Of a DNA stretch of 64,000 nt, positions 1-14,094 are shown piece by piece. The translations under genes were made by a program, and so were the position numbers. Origin of the DNA: Hemiscyllium ocellatum (taxonomy: Eukaryota); assembly GCF_020745735.1 (NCBI RefSeq), contig NC_083409.1, positions 6,995,534 through 7,059,533 on the forward strand, in the 5' to 3' direction. The notes under the pieces are model-generated. The model was given only the letters and a program-made list of their open reading frames with translations. It was not told where the DNA came from and did no database searches. How positions within the stretch are numbered: the stretch's first letter is position 1; each line of letters starts with the position of its first letter.

Positions 1-207
1 GAAAGAATAAAGTTCAAAGTTACACGTTACACATCTTTTTACTTTTAAGTAGAAAATGAAGAAATAAAGCTGAAAGTTTAAGCATTACAGCATTTCTTAA
101 GAACTTAGCTACCATGGGATCATACTTTAAGTCATCATCTCAAGACCAGAACTCCACGCTGAGGCCTTCCCGGGAGAAGAGACGACCATATACAGAAAGG
201 ACCACTA

Positions 208-363
208 TGTGGGCTGAGAGACAACCACTCTGGGCCACTCAGAACTCATTGAACTAGGCCGAGTGACCATCACACTGGGCTGACAGTCTGGCATGCTGGG
301 CTGAGAGGCCACCACATCGAATTGAGAGGCCATCACATCGAACTGAGAGGCCATCATGTTGGA
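208..363. repeat. Degenerate 21-bp tandem repeat
   Basis: TGAGAGGCCATCACATCGAAC-like units, three near-exact at 301-363; gives 7-aa repeats (MASQFDV) in the - ORF. Confidence 0.7.
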
Positions 364-654
364 CCAAAAGTCTGCCTTGTCTGGTTGGATGGTCTCCCTG
401 CCAGGCCAGGACACTGCCACACCACCCAAGAGGCCACATCATTAGGTCTGCACTGGGTCAGAGGCCTGGCGACTGAGGCTGGGAGTCCAAGCCCTGGAGA
501 AGAAATAAGGGAGAAGGACAAAAGAAAAACACAAAAGAAAAGGAAAAGAGAAGTGGAATAGAAAGAAGAAAAGGAAACAGACAGAGCAGATGAACTCGGT
601 CTGAAGTATCCTACACTGCGACCATCTTGGATTACTGGGTCTCAGACTACAGTC

Positions 655-2870
655 TGATATTGGTCAGCTGGTAAATTGGGCAGAGCAATGGCAGATAGAA
701 TTTAATCCTGATACCTCTGAGGTGATCCAACTTGGGAGGTCTAATAAGGGAAGTTTATACACAATGAAAGGCATGTGCCTTGAGTGTCCTTATGCATGAA
801 TCACAGAGGGTTTGTCGACAGGTACAACAAGCAATTCGGAAGGCAAATGGAATTTTGTCCTTCATTGCTAAAGGGATTGAGTTTAAAAAGTGGTAAGGTT
901 ATGTTGCAGCTGTACAGAGTGCTGGTGAGGCCACAACTGGAGTACTATGTGCAGTAATGGTCTCCTTACTTGGAAAAGGCAATACTGGCACCAGGGGGGT
1001 GCAGAGAAAGTTCACTAGGCTGATTCTGGGGTGGAGGTGGTTGGCTTATGAAGGGAGACTGCGTAGACTGGGATATATTAATTGGAACTTAGAAGAATGA
1101 GGGGAATCTTATAGAAACAAATAAAATTATAAAGATAATAGATAAGACAGAAGTAGAAACGATGTTCTCACTGGCAGGTGAAACTAAAACAAGAGGGTTT
1201 AAGCTCAAAATTAGGGGGAGCAGATTTAGGACTGAATTGAGAAGGAACTTCTTCACCCAGAGGGTCATAAATCTATGAAATTCCTTGCTCAATGAAGAAA
1301 TTGATGCTACTTCAGTTAATGTTTTAAAGCTAAGACAGATTTTTTTTGAACAATAAAGGAATTAAGAGATACAGTGAGAGCAAATGCCAGGTCTTGCAGT
1401 TTAGAAAAAAGACGACAGGCAAGGACAATTTTCTAAACGGTGAGAAAATTCATCAAGCCAAAATACAAAGGGATCTAGGAATGCTAGTGCCGGATTCTCT
1501 AAAGGTTGACTTGCAGGTTGAATCTGTGGTTAAGAAAACAAATGTAATATTGTCATTTATCTCAAGAGATGAAAAATGTGTTGCTGGAAAAGCGCAACAG
1601 GAATGAAGAAGGGTTTATGCCCGAAACGTCAATTCTCCCGCTCCTTGGATGCTGTCTGACCTGCTGCGCTTTTCCAGCAACACATTTTTCAGCTATGATC
1701 TCCAGCATCTGCAGTCCTCACTTTCTCCTAATTTATCTCAAGAGGGTTGGAATGTAAAATGAGATTTGCTACTGAGACTTTATAAAGCTCTGGTTAGGCC
1801 CCATTTAGTCCAGTTTTCGGCCCCTCACCTCAGGAAGGACATATTGACACTGGACCGTGTCCAGTGGAGATTCACATTGATGATCCCTGGAATGGTAAGT
1901 CTAATATATGATTAACGGCTGAGGATCCTGGGATTTTATTCATTCGAGTTTAGAAGGGGAAATCTAATAGAAACTTACAAGATAATGCATGGCTTAGAAA
2001 GGGTGGATGCTGGGAAATTGGTTCCATTCGGTGGGGGTACCGTGGACACAGCCTTAGAGTTAGAGGGGGTCAGTATAAAACATAACTGAGGAGACATTTC
2101 TTCAGCTAGAGAGTGATGAGCTGAGTCCATGAAAAGATCAGCTATGGTCTTATTGAATGGCAGAGCAGAGTTGAAGGGACACTTGGCCTACTCCTGCTGC
2201 TAGTTCTTATGTTCTTATGTTCCTTGGGAGTAGTGAGGAACAAAGGGACCTTGGTGTACAAGTCCATCAATCCCAGAAGTTATCAGCACAGCTAGGCAGG
2301 GTGGTGAAGAAGGCATGTTGTTACCTGACAGAGCACTGGTTAAGTCATGTCTGGAATATTGTGCACATTTCTGGTCGTGACACTGTTTGAAGGATGTTAT
2401 TGGACTGGACAGGATGCAGTGGAGATTAACCAGAATGTTCCCTCGGATGGAAAGTGTTAGTTCTGAGGAGAGACTGCATAGACTAGGTTTGTTTTCGCTG
2501 CGGGGAATCTGATAGAGGTATCCAAAAAGTTGAAAGGCATAGACAAAGTCAATTGTGAGAATCTTTTCCCCATGTCAGACATGTCTATGACCAAAGGGAA
2601 TAAGCTTACCGTGTGAAGAAGTGGTTTAGAGGGGTTTTGAGGACTGTTTTTCCCCCAGAAGGTGGTAGAAATATGGAATGTGCGGCTTGAGAACGTGGTG
2701 GAGGCAGCTCCTCTCACAACATTTGAGAAACATCCAGACGAGCACATAAATTGCCAGGGCATGGAAGGCTATGGACCAAGTGCAGGTAAATGGAGTTTGG
2801 TGATTACTGATTGGCATCGACATGTTGACAAACAGAAGGGCCTATTCGTTTGCTGTATGATTCTATGAAA
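655..2870 (+). mobile_element. Cluster of CR1-type LINE 3' fragments with an embedded Penelope terminal fragment (about 1575-1725)
   Basis: Several LVRPHLEYC..W / RLNRLGLFSLE..RGDLIE / FFTQRVVNLWN-type RT C-terminal remnants and 3' tails. Confidence 0.8.
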
Positions 2871-4760
2871 ATGATGAGAAGGATGTGGAAGCATTTGTCA
2901 TGTCGTTAGAGAAGATAGAAACACAAGCGAGTTGGGAAAAACAGGTTGGACCTTGCCTGTGCAAAAATAAACTTGAGAAGCACAAGAGGTTTCTACATCC
3001 CTGTCAGAGGAATGTTCTCAGGATCACGAGGAGGTGAAAACGGCTATTCTAAGCACATTTGAGTTGGCTCCAGAAACATACAGACAGATGTTTCAGAACT
3101 TACACAAACAGCCTGGACCAACTTCGATTGAGTTTAAGAGAGTTCAACAAAATAATGTTGACAGGTGGATAAGAGCATTAACAGCTCAGAATTCTTACAA
3201 AGCTCTCAAAGAAGTTATCCTTTGAGAAGAATTTAAAACTTCCTTCCCTTCTGGAATCAGAATTCATGTCGATGACCAAACGACAGTAAGACAAGCAACT
3301 AGAATGGCTGATGATTATAGACTTTGTTAAAACCAAAGCCCTGAATCCAAAGTAGCCAAACAGGAGGCTGGAAGAGCACAACAAGCCAAGCCGCATCAGG
3401 AGGTGGCGAAGCCACTTGATGGGAGACTGATCCAGAAACCCTTTTCCCATCAGGCCCAGAAATGGGAGAAAAATAAAAATTGGGAGAGTCGAAGAAAGGT
3501 AGATACCCAGGGGAGAGAATGGACAGTAGGGAACAGCCCGAAAATTCTTCCTCAGATTAAGAAGGAAATTGCTGAGGGTGGAAGTGATGATTAGAAGCTG
3601 AAATGTTTCTCTTGGAATAAGGTGGGCCATGCATGTTTGGAATGTTGGAAGTTGTGAGGTGAACTCATGGGATTTATAGGAGTTCGTAAAAATGAGTCAG
3701 AGAAGGGAACACAGACAGATAACCCCACGGAACAGGTTGCAGCTGTAACTATAACAAAAAGACTGGAGGTAAATTATGTCATTAGTAAAGGAGGTTGTAA
3801 GGTAGGTGAGAGGTGGACAGGACTTTTATCAACTAAACCCAGCACCAAACTGTGACTTGCAGGAGCAACATAGTCACTTTTACTGGAGAAAGAATTGATT
3901 TTCCCTCCAGAGACCTCGATGGGAGCTAAGGTATTAATCACTGGATTGGTGAAGAATATATTCCACTTCCATTGTATACAGTACAACTGGAATGTGATTT
4001 GTTATCAGGAGAAGTAATTGTTGGAGTGGGGAAACCTTTCACTGTTGAGGGAGTCGATTTCCTTCTGGGGAATGATTTGCCAGGTCTAAAGGCAGTAGCT
4101 TCCCCGATAATTACAGAATGTCTAAAGGAGGTCCAAGAAACAGAACAATGATGGGAACAGGTTCCTGGTCTCTCTCCTTCGTGTGAGGCAACCAGGGCAA
4201 TGGTTAAACAAAATCCATCAATAAGGGTTCATGTGACACCACAGCAAGTGAAAGGATCGCTGAAACTTTCCGAAAGGGTGAAGATAATCCAGGTGGAGTG
4301 GTGGGTACGATGTCACTAATTACAGAAGATCCAAAAAGCAGATCCTGAAAGAAATAAATGAGCAATCAGCTCATAGTGAGGTCGAGGCCGGAGGGGTTTC
4401 AGAGTGTTATTATCTTTAGAATGGAGCGCTGATGAGGAAGTGGAGCCCCCACCCCCACCCCCAACCCCTTCATGGACCCCCAGATGAAGAATAGTCGGTT
4501 AGATATTGGCTAGTGGTACCACCCAGCTATCATAAGGACATAGTACAAGGGGCACATGAGAGTCCCATGGCAGGTCACATGGGGTTTAGGAAAACACAGG
4601 CATCCAGAAACAGGTATTTTACTGAGCCAAAATTGGATAAAGATGTGGTGCAGTTTTATAAAACGTGTCCTACTTGTCAAGTTATAGGTAAACTTCAACA
4701 TAAAACTAGCATCCTTAATTCCTCTCCCAGTTTTTGAGGAACCATTCAGTCATGTATAGG
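2870..4760 (+). mobile_element. Decayed Ty3/Gypsy (Gmr1-like) gag-SCAN / protease / integrase-Zn fragment, copy A
   Basis: FELAPETYRQMFQNLHKQPG..EFKRVQQNNVDRWIRAL..LKEVIL(L)EEFK (SCAN-like), a degenerate CCHC knuckle, VDFLLGNDL, and VVPPSYHKDIVQGAHESPMAGHMGFRKT..CPTCQ (integrase HHCC). Confidence 0.8.
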
Positions 4761-7700
4761 TTTTCAAGTAGTGAGTATAATGGAGCAAGGGATCAGAAAA
4801 AGCTTGAGAAAAAGAACTGGACAATTCTCAAAGTAAAATTCCTGTTATAGGATGAACAGATTCAGTGGTATTAGAGAATTCAGACACTTTTTTTTTGTAT
4901 TTGGAAAACGATCAACAGGTAGATTTAGTGAGGTTGCTCAGAAAATACAAAGATGTTTGTATGAGGAGTCATTGAGGACTTTGGTTCTGTACTTGATGGA
5001 GTTTAGAAGGATATTTCGGAATGACATTTAAACTTACAGAATACAGAGAGGCCTGGATCGAATGGACATGGAGAAGATGTTTCCAATAATAGGAGAGTTG
5101 AAGACCCGAGGGCACAGCCTCAGAGGGAAGAGACAATCTTTTGTTCTTGTCAAAAATTGATTTGTTAAAAAGAATGTTGACACGAACTCACTGATAACTA
5201 GAACTAAGCGAGTGTCTGTATTTATCACACCAAATGAATTATACCCAATGGCAAGTTTTGCTATTTGGACTTCGCAATGCTCCAGTCACATTGGAATGAT
5301 TATTGTGAAAGTGAACAAGGTCACACTCCCCCGCATTACACTCCAACTGCCCAATATTTCTCCAAAGCCCAGCTGTATCTAATATTCAGCAGGATGGACC
5401 TACACTGGGAAAGAGGAATTTGTAACTAGAATAATGACACATCTCTGAGAATCACATGAATAACCTCTTTTATTGAAGCTTTCATTAGTTCTATGTTGAT
5501 TGACACAATGGTCTGGTTTGGGCTTTGCTGTTTGTACAAACCATCTGTCATGTCTTTGCTGCAATGGTTCACATTTACATCATCAAACTCACACTCCAAA
5601 TATCCTGTCATTATTCTTAATGGGATCCACTGGAATTGACTCAGATCAGACTCCCAGCAGCTCAAATTGAGAGAGGGGTGGAGTTTGGAGAGAGCGAGAG
5701 CGCGAGATGGAGTTCAAAGAGAGAGAGAGAGAGAGAGAGAGAGCCGGAGAACTGAGAGAGTGGGGGATAGTGCTTGGAGAGAGAAAGAAGGGTGGAATTC
5801 AAAGTGAGACCTGTGCAGCTGAGGCGGAATCAGGGGTGGCTAGTGGGTGGGGGTGGAGAGGGGGGAGAGAGTAAGACAGAGAGATGGAGGTCAAGGAGTT
5901 GTATATCAAAGATAAATTATACTCTTTTAAAGACTGCACTGGATGAATGCTGTATGACTCTCTGACTCTATTTTCACTACCTGCAATGCTGCCGAACTTT
6001 GTGTCATTAGAAAACTAGAGTATCTGACTTTCTATGCCATTATCCAAGTCATTAATAAATATTGTAAATAATTGAGGTGTAAACACGCATTCCTATTGGA
6101 CATCACTGGTCACATCCTGCCAATTTCAGCACTTACCTATTATCCCTATTTTCGGTGACCTGTCACTCAACCAATTTCCACGTGTGTCAGTACTTTAGCC
6201 TCAATTCTGTGGATTTCTACCTCAGTTGACGGTTTCTTACATGGGACTTTATCAAATGCCTTCTGGAAGTTCCTGTAAATAACATCCACAGACACTACTG
6301 CTTCCAGGACTTTTGTATCCTCTTCAAAAAAGTTCAATGAGATTTTTTCAGCGTGACCAACTTGTCATGAATCCATGCTGACTCTCCCTGATTAACTGAC
6401 CACTTTCAAGGTCTTCAGTTACCCCAATCTTTGATTATAGATCTCAACAATTTCCACACTACAAATATTGGCTTAGTGACCTGTAATTTCCTGTTTTTTC
6501 TCTCACATCCTTGTTAAATGTGAAGTGACATTTGCAATTTTCCTATCCAAAGGTATGACTGCTGTATCCAGGGAACTCTGAAAGATTATAGCTGAAAATG
6601 TGTTGTTGGTTAAGCGCAGCAGGTCAGGTAGCACCCAAGGAGCAGGAGAATCGACGTTTCGGGCTTGAGCCCTTCATCAGGAATCATTCTGAAAGATTAT
6701 AGTCAGGGTGTCTACACTGTGATCTGTTACTACCTTTATCACCCTCAGATGGAAACCCAGGTTCTGTGAATTTGTCACTCTTTAGTTCCATTAATTTCCT
6801 CATTATGGATATTTTACTGACATGAAATTTTGTTCAGTCCCTATCCCTGATCCTCTGTTAATTCGTTTGGGCCTTCAGGCAAATCCTTTTCTACTGCAAA
6901 TCTTGAGGTAAAGTATTTATTTAACATGGCTGTCATTTCCACATTGTCACTGACAAGATCCCTCATTTTCAGTCTTTACTGGCCAACATTGCTCCTGACC
7001 TCCCAGCTTCCCTTTTATGGAACTGTAACATTTCTCCTTATTGATTTTGATTTCCCTTACATGTTCCCTTTCAGAATCCCTTTTGGTGGCTCTCAGAAGT
7101 TGCTTTGTGGCCCTTTGTATCTTTCCCATTCAGCAGAACCTGTTATTTTATTTGCTTTATTGTAAGTCCTTGTTTTTAGTTTTATTCTTTTCCTTATCTC
7201 TTTAATTGTCCATTGTTGTTTGTTCTAAGAAGTGGAGCTTTACCCTCTCAGGTATAAACTGGTTTTGTTTCTTGTTGAATATTTTTTGAAATATTCCCCA
7301 CTGTTCTTCAGTTGTTTTACCCATGAGCAGATTTTCCCAGTTTACAGTGGACAGTCTCTGTCTCATCTCGTTAAAGTCGGCCCTTACCATAATCACAAAT
7401 TCTAGCAGCTGATTCATGCTTTTCACTTTCAAATGTGATATTGAACTCGATCATGTTATGATCACTGTTTGATAAATGTTCATGCACAAATAGTTGCTGA
7501 CTAAATCTAGGTCATTATTCATTACTAATTCCAATATTGATGGTCCCCTTATTGTATCCAGGACCTATTGCTGTGAGAAACTATTCTGGACTCATAGCAG
7601 CGATTCACGACCTTTCTGACAGAGTGCTTGTCTCTCTCCCAATCTAAGTTAAAGTTAAACGTCCCCATTAATAATACAGTGGCTTTGCTGCAAACTTGAC

Positions 7701-8544
7701 TAATTTCTGTATATGCTGGTGGTGGTGGTGGTGGTGTGTGTGTGTGTGTGCGCACGCGCGTGCGGGGTGGCGGGGCAGTGGGGAGGCATACAATATCTAT
7801 GACAGTTTTATATCCTTTTCTGCTCCTCAGTTGCACTGAATGCTTTCCCCTCATTATAACCTCCCTCAACATTGAAGTCTTTGTGTTTCTAATGGATAAA
7901 GCTGCCCCACCTCTTCTGCCATTTCCCCATGTCTATCCTGTGAACCTTCTAACTGGATAAATTTAGTTCCCAATCCTAACGATTCTGTAAATATGTCTCA
8001 GTAATTGATCCTATAGCAAAATCTTTAATTTGAATTTGTGTGTGCAGATTATTGTATTTATTCCTTACACTCAGTGCATTCGTATATTTCGAACTCTTAT
8101 TTGGTCCATTCACTGGTATCTGTTCCTCAGCACTGATGCTGTATTCACCTCTTTCTTACTTCTCTCTTCTGATAGCTTTCCTGATATTGTCCAAATAGGA
8201 CCTTTTGCCGATTTTCACTGAGGTTGTTGGTCCCAAAATGCACAAGAACTGGATCCTCCCCCATTTCCCCCACCCCCGCACTCCATTATACTTTCAAGCC
8301 GGTTCGAGATGCCCCTTATCTTGGCACCAGGCAGGCAACACACCATGCAGGACTCTCAATCCTGCTCACAAAGGATGTTATCAGTTCCCTCATTATCAAA
8401 TCCCCCAATTTTCTTTGTGCTCCCCCAGCCTGAATGGCCTCCTGGCCCATGGTGCAGTGGTTTTCTTTCATTCATAGGATATGGGAATCTCTGGCCAAGC
8501 CAGCATTTCCTGCCCATAGGGCAGTTAACAGACAACCACATGAA

Positions 8545-8870
8545 ATCAGAGAATCATAGGTTCCATGAGTCCACACCAAAATTCTGAGGAGCATCCCACT
8601 CAGATCTATCCCCTTATCCCTGCATCTCCCATGGTTAATACACCTAATCTACACATCCCAGAACACGATGGGTAATTTATCATGGCCAATCCATCTAGCT
8701 TTCACATCTTTGAATTGTGGGAGGAAACCAGAGCACCTGACAGAAACCCATGTAGACATCGGGTGAACGTGCAAACTCCACACAGACGGTAGCCTTAGAG
8801 TGAATCAAACTCGGGACCCTGGCAATGAGAGGCAGCAGTGCTAACCACTGAGTCACAATACCACCCATTG
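8545..8870 (-). mobile_element. tRNA-derived shark SINE (HE1-like)
   Basis: Reverse complement of GTGG..CAGTGGTTAGCACTGCTGCCTC..GTGTGGAGTTTGCAC..GGTTTCCTCCCACA. Confidence 0.8.
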
Positions 8871-9222
8871 CTGTGTGTCTGGAGTCACATGTAATGCCAG
8901 GTAAGGATGACAGATTTTCTCCTCTAAAGGTTATTAGTGAACTGAATGAATTTTCTCCACAATCAACAATGGATTAACACTCACCGTTAGACTCTTAATT
9001 CCAGAACCATTCTTGAATTCAAATTCAACTGATTGCCATGGCAAGATTTGAACCCAAGTCCTCAGAACATTAGCTGAGTTTCTGGATTAATAGTCCAGCG
9101 ATAATACCAATAACCATTGTCTCCCCCGTGTTAGCCTAGCTAATGATGCCAAAATTGGCCTTCCCCCTGTTTTGACACTTAATTTCTGCTCTATCATTAT
9201 CTCTTTACTGAATGCAAGTAAA

Positions 9223-9530
9223 GGGTGGCACAGTAGCTCAGTGGTTAGCACTGGTGCCTCACAGCACCAAGGTCCCACGTTCTATTCTGGCCTTGGCCAG
9301 CTGTCTGTGTGGAGTTTGCACATTCTCCCTGTGTCTGCATGGGTTTCCTCTGGGTCTTCCGGTCTCCTCCCACATTCCAAAGATGTACAGGTCAGGTGAA
9401 TAGCATATGTTAAATTGTCCATGGTTGTTAGGTTCCTTTTGTCAGACGAGGGTGGGTTACTCTTTGGAGGGTTGGTGTGGACTTGTTGGGCTGAAGGGTC
9501 TGTTTCCACACTGTAGGGAATCTAATGTAA
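9223..9530 (+). mobile_element. HE1-like SINE, present in copy A only
   Basis: Full SINE body; the corresponding site at about 18530 in copy B is empty. Confidence 0.85.
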
Positions 9531-10619
9531 ACTAAATGACTTTGAACCTGATAGAGTTATGGTCACTGTCGCCAAAGTGCTCCAAACCATGCTTGCACAT
9601 TCTGCAGTGTAACCGCAATAGTTTCCAAAAGCAATCCTTTTCCTCATTGACACAGGGCGCAAGTACCTCATTCCTGGTGGACAAGGAGCTGAGCTCCTAC
9701 AATACTAAATTCAGTCTGCATCAACCTGCTCACTTATAGTTACACCTTCCTGTCCCTGACCACTGGCCATAATTTGAAGTATTTAACCTACAAGGTGTGA
9801 CTGTCTCCCCAAACACAGTGTCCAGGTAACACCCCCCCTCCCTGATGTGTGGCAGTGTTTGAAGCTCAGATTCTAGATCATCAACTGGAGTGCTTTGAGC
9901 AACCAACACTTGCTGCAGATGTGGTCACTCTGAGCTGCAATGGGCTCCACCAGCTTTCCCATCGTGCAATTACTATACATCGCCTGGCCCTATATGTGGA
10001 AATTGTTTGAGGCGGTTTTAATTTGTATTTTTAAATTTCCTGTTAGCCTTTATTTTTTAATCTGTAAAATATTTCTGCCAAGGAGACAGAGAAGGCTCCA
10101 GCACAGGAGGAGACTGTTCAGCCCGTCGCGTCAGTGCTGGCTGTTTATTAACCTCATTCACAATGAACATCTCCATTGAATGTTTGTTGTCAGGAAGTGA
10201 TTGAATCTGTTTTTAGAGACAGAATGACTAACAAATGACTAACTAACATGAACTATTCCGAGAGAGTCAGTATGGATTTACAAAGGTTCAGACATCTTTA
10301 ACTAACCTGGTTACACTTTGTTAGGAGCTCACTCATGTGGGATACAACGGAATGTCGATGGCTATTGTCCATAGGGAATTCCACAAGACATTTAAAAAGA
10401 GACATGGATTCAGATGGAATTTGAGAAATGCATTTACCTTGGGTCAGGAATGGGTCCGGAGCTAGGAGACAGAGAGGAGGGATAATGTGCATGTCCTCCA
10501 ATGAGCAAGATGTGAATAGTGGTGTCCCCAGGGATCTGTGCTGGAACCTCAGCTTCACACAATATTTCTCAATGACTTGGATTAAGAAATAGAGAGCCAT
10601 ATATCCAAGATTGTTGATC

Positions 10620-11040
10620 ACACTGAATGAGGTGGTTTGGAGGGTGAGATATGGAGGGTGGAAGGACAGGGAGAGGTTTGAGAACAAGGATGAGAACTTG
10701 CAAATCAAGACGTTTCTGGACTGGGAGCCAATGTAGGTCAGTGAGCACAGGGGGAGGGAATGGGGGAACGGGACTTGGTGTGAGTTTGCATACTGGCAGC
10801 AGAGTTTGGGATGAACCGATGTTTACTGAAGGTGGTGGCTGTGATGTGGGCCAGGACAACATTGGAATGGTCATGTTTGGAGTCCCCATCACATAGCTGA
10901 GATTTTCAGTGTCTGACCTTTGTGATGTGGAAGATGTGGGGCTTAGATCAGCCACAAAGATGAGTCTAAGGTCGTAAAGAGTCTGGTTGAGCTGCAGACA
11001 GTTCTCAGGGAGAGGGACCTGAAGGGGATGGCTTTGATCT
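10620..11040 (-). mobile_element. L2-type LINE 3' fragment (duplicated at about 19740-20200)
   Basis: PVLTDLHWLPVQKRLDLQVLILVLKPL, a typical L2 ORF2 C-terminus. Confidence 0.75.
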
Positions 11041-11069
11041 TTTCAATGTGTTTCCCAGCGAGCCAGGCT

Positions 11070-11290
11070 CCTCAGTCCTGACTGCTCTTAGTTGCTGTGA
11101 TTGTCACTGATCGGACACTTATTATTAGAGTTTTCTGACCACAGCAGAAAGCCCCAGTGTAAAAAATAACTGTAAAGACTGTCAGATCGCAAGGTAGAAA
11201 CTTCACCAAGAGAGGAAGTGAAAGAAGGAGCTCGGAGCAGCTGGAAATTTGTTACTGAGATGGGAGAAAACTGTGAACTGTCTGCACTGC
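11070..11290. promoter_or_regulatory. Non-repeat island with EICE/PU.1, RUNX and E-box motifs (copy A)
   Basis: GAGGAAGTGAAA (GGAANNGAAA at 11214-11223), ACCACA 11138-11143, CAGCTG 11238-11243; all kept in copy B. Confidence 0.4.
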
Positions 11291-11429
11291 CTGGAATCTG
11301 ACAGTGCAAGAGGAGGTCATTCAGCCTATTGTGTCTGTGAGTGACCCAAGTAGCCCTACTGCTCCTCTCTCTCCCCATAATCCAGCAAATCTTTCCTTTT
11401 CAGCTCGATCTTAATTCTCTCTTGTAGAC

Positions 11430-13560
11430 CTGGGTAGACAGCACAAGACTGCCCCTAATCTGGGTTCCAAATTGCTATCTCATTCATTCATTGGGAGACA
11501 AACTGCCTGGGCTGGGAAATGGAGCTCAGGATCCTGAACAATCCCTCTCCCCTCCTGAGGGACACTTCATTCGGTTTTGCATATTCACTCATGGGAAGTG
11601 GGCTTCACCGGCTGTCCCAGCATTTTCTACCCTGACCCTAGTTACCCGGGAGAGGGCGGTGGGAAGCTGCCTTCTTGAATCACTATTGTCCACAAGCTGC
11701 AAGTTGACCCACAATGCTCTTCGGGAGGGAATGCCAGCATTTTAACCCAGCAAGGCTGAGGGAATGGCAATATATTTTCAAGTCAGGATGCTAAGCTTTT
11801 CCGAGGGGAATTTGCAGCTCATAGTGTTCCCATGTGTCTGCAGCTCTTGTCCATCGTAATAGAAGTGGACGTGGGTTTGGAATGAAACCAAAAGAAATGC
11901 GGATGCTGTAAATCTGAGACAAATATCAAAATTGCTGGAAAAGCTCGGCAGGTTTGGCAGCATCTGTGAAGAGAGATCGGGTCAAACACAAAACGTTAAC
12001 TCTGATTTCTCTCCCCAGATGCTGCCCGTCCTGCTGAGCTTTTCCTGCGATTTCTATTTTTGTCCATGGGTTTGGAAGGTGCTATCTGAGGACCTTTGGT
12101 GAGTTCCTGCAGTGCATCTTATCGATAATACACACTGCTGCTACTGAGCATCGGGAATGGTGAGAGTGGATGCTTTGAGAATGTGATGCCAATCAAGCAG
12201 GTTGCTTGGCTCTGGATGGTATCAAGCTTTTCGAGTGGATAAGAAAGACATAGACAGGAATGGATTAGAGGGATACGGGCCAAATGCAGGCAAATGAGAC
12301 TTGTTCACTTCAGAAAACCTGGTCAGCATGGAGAAATTTGTCAGAAAGGTTTGTTTCTACGCTGTATGACTCTGTGACACTATCAATCTATGAATGTTGT
12401 TGGAGGTGTACCCATCCAGACAAGTGGGAAGTATTCGATCACACTCCTGACTTGATTGACAGGCTTTGGGGGAATCAGGAGGTGAGTTACTCAATACAGT
12501 ATTTCTAGCGTCTAACCTGCTCTTGTAACCACTGTGCTTCTGTGGTGAGTCCAGTTGAGTTTCTGGTCAATGGTACCTCAAGAATGTTGATAGTGGGGAT
12601 TCAGTGATGGTAATAGCATTGACTGTCAAGGGGCGATGGTTAGATTGTCTCTTATTGCTGATGGTCATTGGCTGGCATTTGCATGACACTGATGTGAAAG
12701 ACTGCTCCTGAAGTGAAACCTGGATATTGTCCAGATATTGTTGTATTTGAACATGGATTGCTTCAGTATCTGAGGAGTTGAGAATAGTGCTGAACATTGT
12801 GCAATCTTTGGCAATCATCCTCTTTTATGAGCTTGAATTTAGTTGCAATATCTGTCCAAAGTCTGTCCTATTTAGTACGGTGATAGTACCACACAACACA
12901 ATGGAGGGTATTCTTAATGTGAAGGTCAAACTTTGTTTCAACAAGGACTGTGTGATGGTCACTCTTACCAATACTGTCAAGGACAGATGCACCAACAGCC
13001 AAAAGATTGGTGAGGATGGGGTCAAGTACGTTTGTCCATCTTTTTGGTTCCTTCACCACCAGCTGCAGAGCCAGTCCCTCAGCTACATCCATTCGGAACC
13101 AACCAGCTCGATCAATAATGATGCTGCCGAGCCACTCTCAGTGGTGGACATTGAAACCCCCCACCGAGAGTGCACTCTCTGCTGTCACCACCCTCAGTGC
13201 TTCCTCCAAATGCTGTTCTACATGGAGGAGAGACTGATTCATCAACTGAGGGAGCAAGATATCGTGTAATCACCAGAAGGTTTCCTCGCCAATGTTTAAC
13301 TTAGTTTTGTGAGTCTTCACGGGATCCAGAACCAACTTCGAGACTTCCCAGGGTAACTCCCTCCTGGCTGTAGACCACTGTGTCATCAGCTCTGCTGGGT
13401 CTGCCTTTCTGGTGGGACAGGACACATGCAGGAACAGTGATGCTGGTGTCTGGGGCATTGTCTGCAAGGTATTGTTCTGTGAGTATGACTGTGTCAGGCT
13501 GTTGCTTGACTAGTCTGTAAGACAGCTCTCCTGAATTTGGCACTAGCTCCCAGATGTTAG
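11430..13560 (-). mobile_element. Decayed CR1-superfamily LINE (APE end) with nested fragments (duplicated at about 20600-23000)
   Basis: VVKEPKRWTNVLDPILTN...SIGKSDHHTVLVE matches the APE C-terminal TR..LD..SDH pattern. Confidence 0.7.
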
Positions 13561-14094
13561 TAAGGAGGACGGAGCAGGGTACACTGGGCTTTCTCTGTCA
13601 TTGTTTTTTCGGTGTCGAGATCGATGCCTGTGGTCCGTCCGGTCTCATTTCTTTGTTGAAACATTGTAATAATTGATACGACTGAGAGCCTTGCTCGGCC
13701 ATTTCAGAGGGCAGTTAAGGGTCAACCACATTGCTGGGGTACAGTTCCATGGACCCTGCAGTACGTTCTGTCCTCTCCCACTTCCCCATTCTGTATGTGG
13801 AAGACTGGAGGTTGCCAGTAGGATATTCAACTGCAGGAGCTATCGCAGTCCCCTGCACAATTCTGTCCCCACATCAAATCCACACAAATCTTGAATTCAC
13901 ATAGCACCTTCAATGTTCAAAACGATCCAAGATGGTTCACCATGTTGCAGTAAGAGGAATGGGGAAGGGTGGTGGATGAACATAAGAACTAGGAGCAAGA
14001 GCAGGCAATTCAGCCCTTCGAGCCCGCTCCATCATTTAATACAATCATGGCTGATCCCATCTCAGACTCAACTCCACTTTCCTGCTCACTCTCC

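Larger units (their letters stand above)
5950..10100 (-). mobile_element. CR1 LINE 5'-to-RT portion (ORF1 zf/leucine-zipper, esterase, APE, RT), interrupted by SINEs
   Basis: - strand remnants such as DNILCEQD (esterase region) and GTFNFNLDW (APE); copy B shows CSKCWLLKTLQLRVDELESELQTLRHIREGETYL. Confidence 0.75.
2302..13923 (+). repeat. Tandem segmental duplication, copy A
   Basis: Colinear homology to 14472-23312 across CR1, Gypsy, L2, the motif island and LINE segments. Confidence 0.9.

Noticed and set aside
985-1002. CTCF-like GCACCAGGGGGGTGC as the upstream convergent partner
   Set aside because: Two core mismatches, and it sits inside a CR1 coding remnant.
7717-7775. (GGT)n(GT)n(GC) tract unique to duplicate A as a functional Z-DNA element
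   Set aside because: A simple microsatellite inside a dead CR1, with no supporting context.
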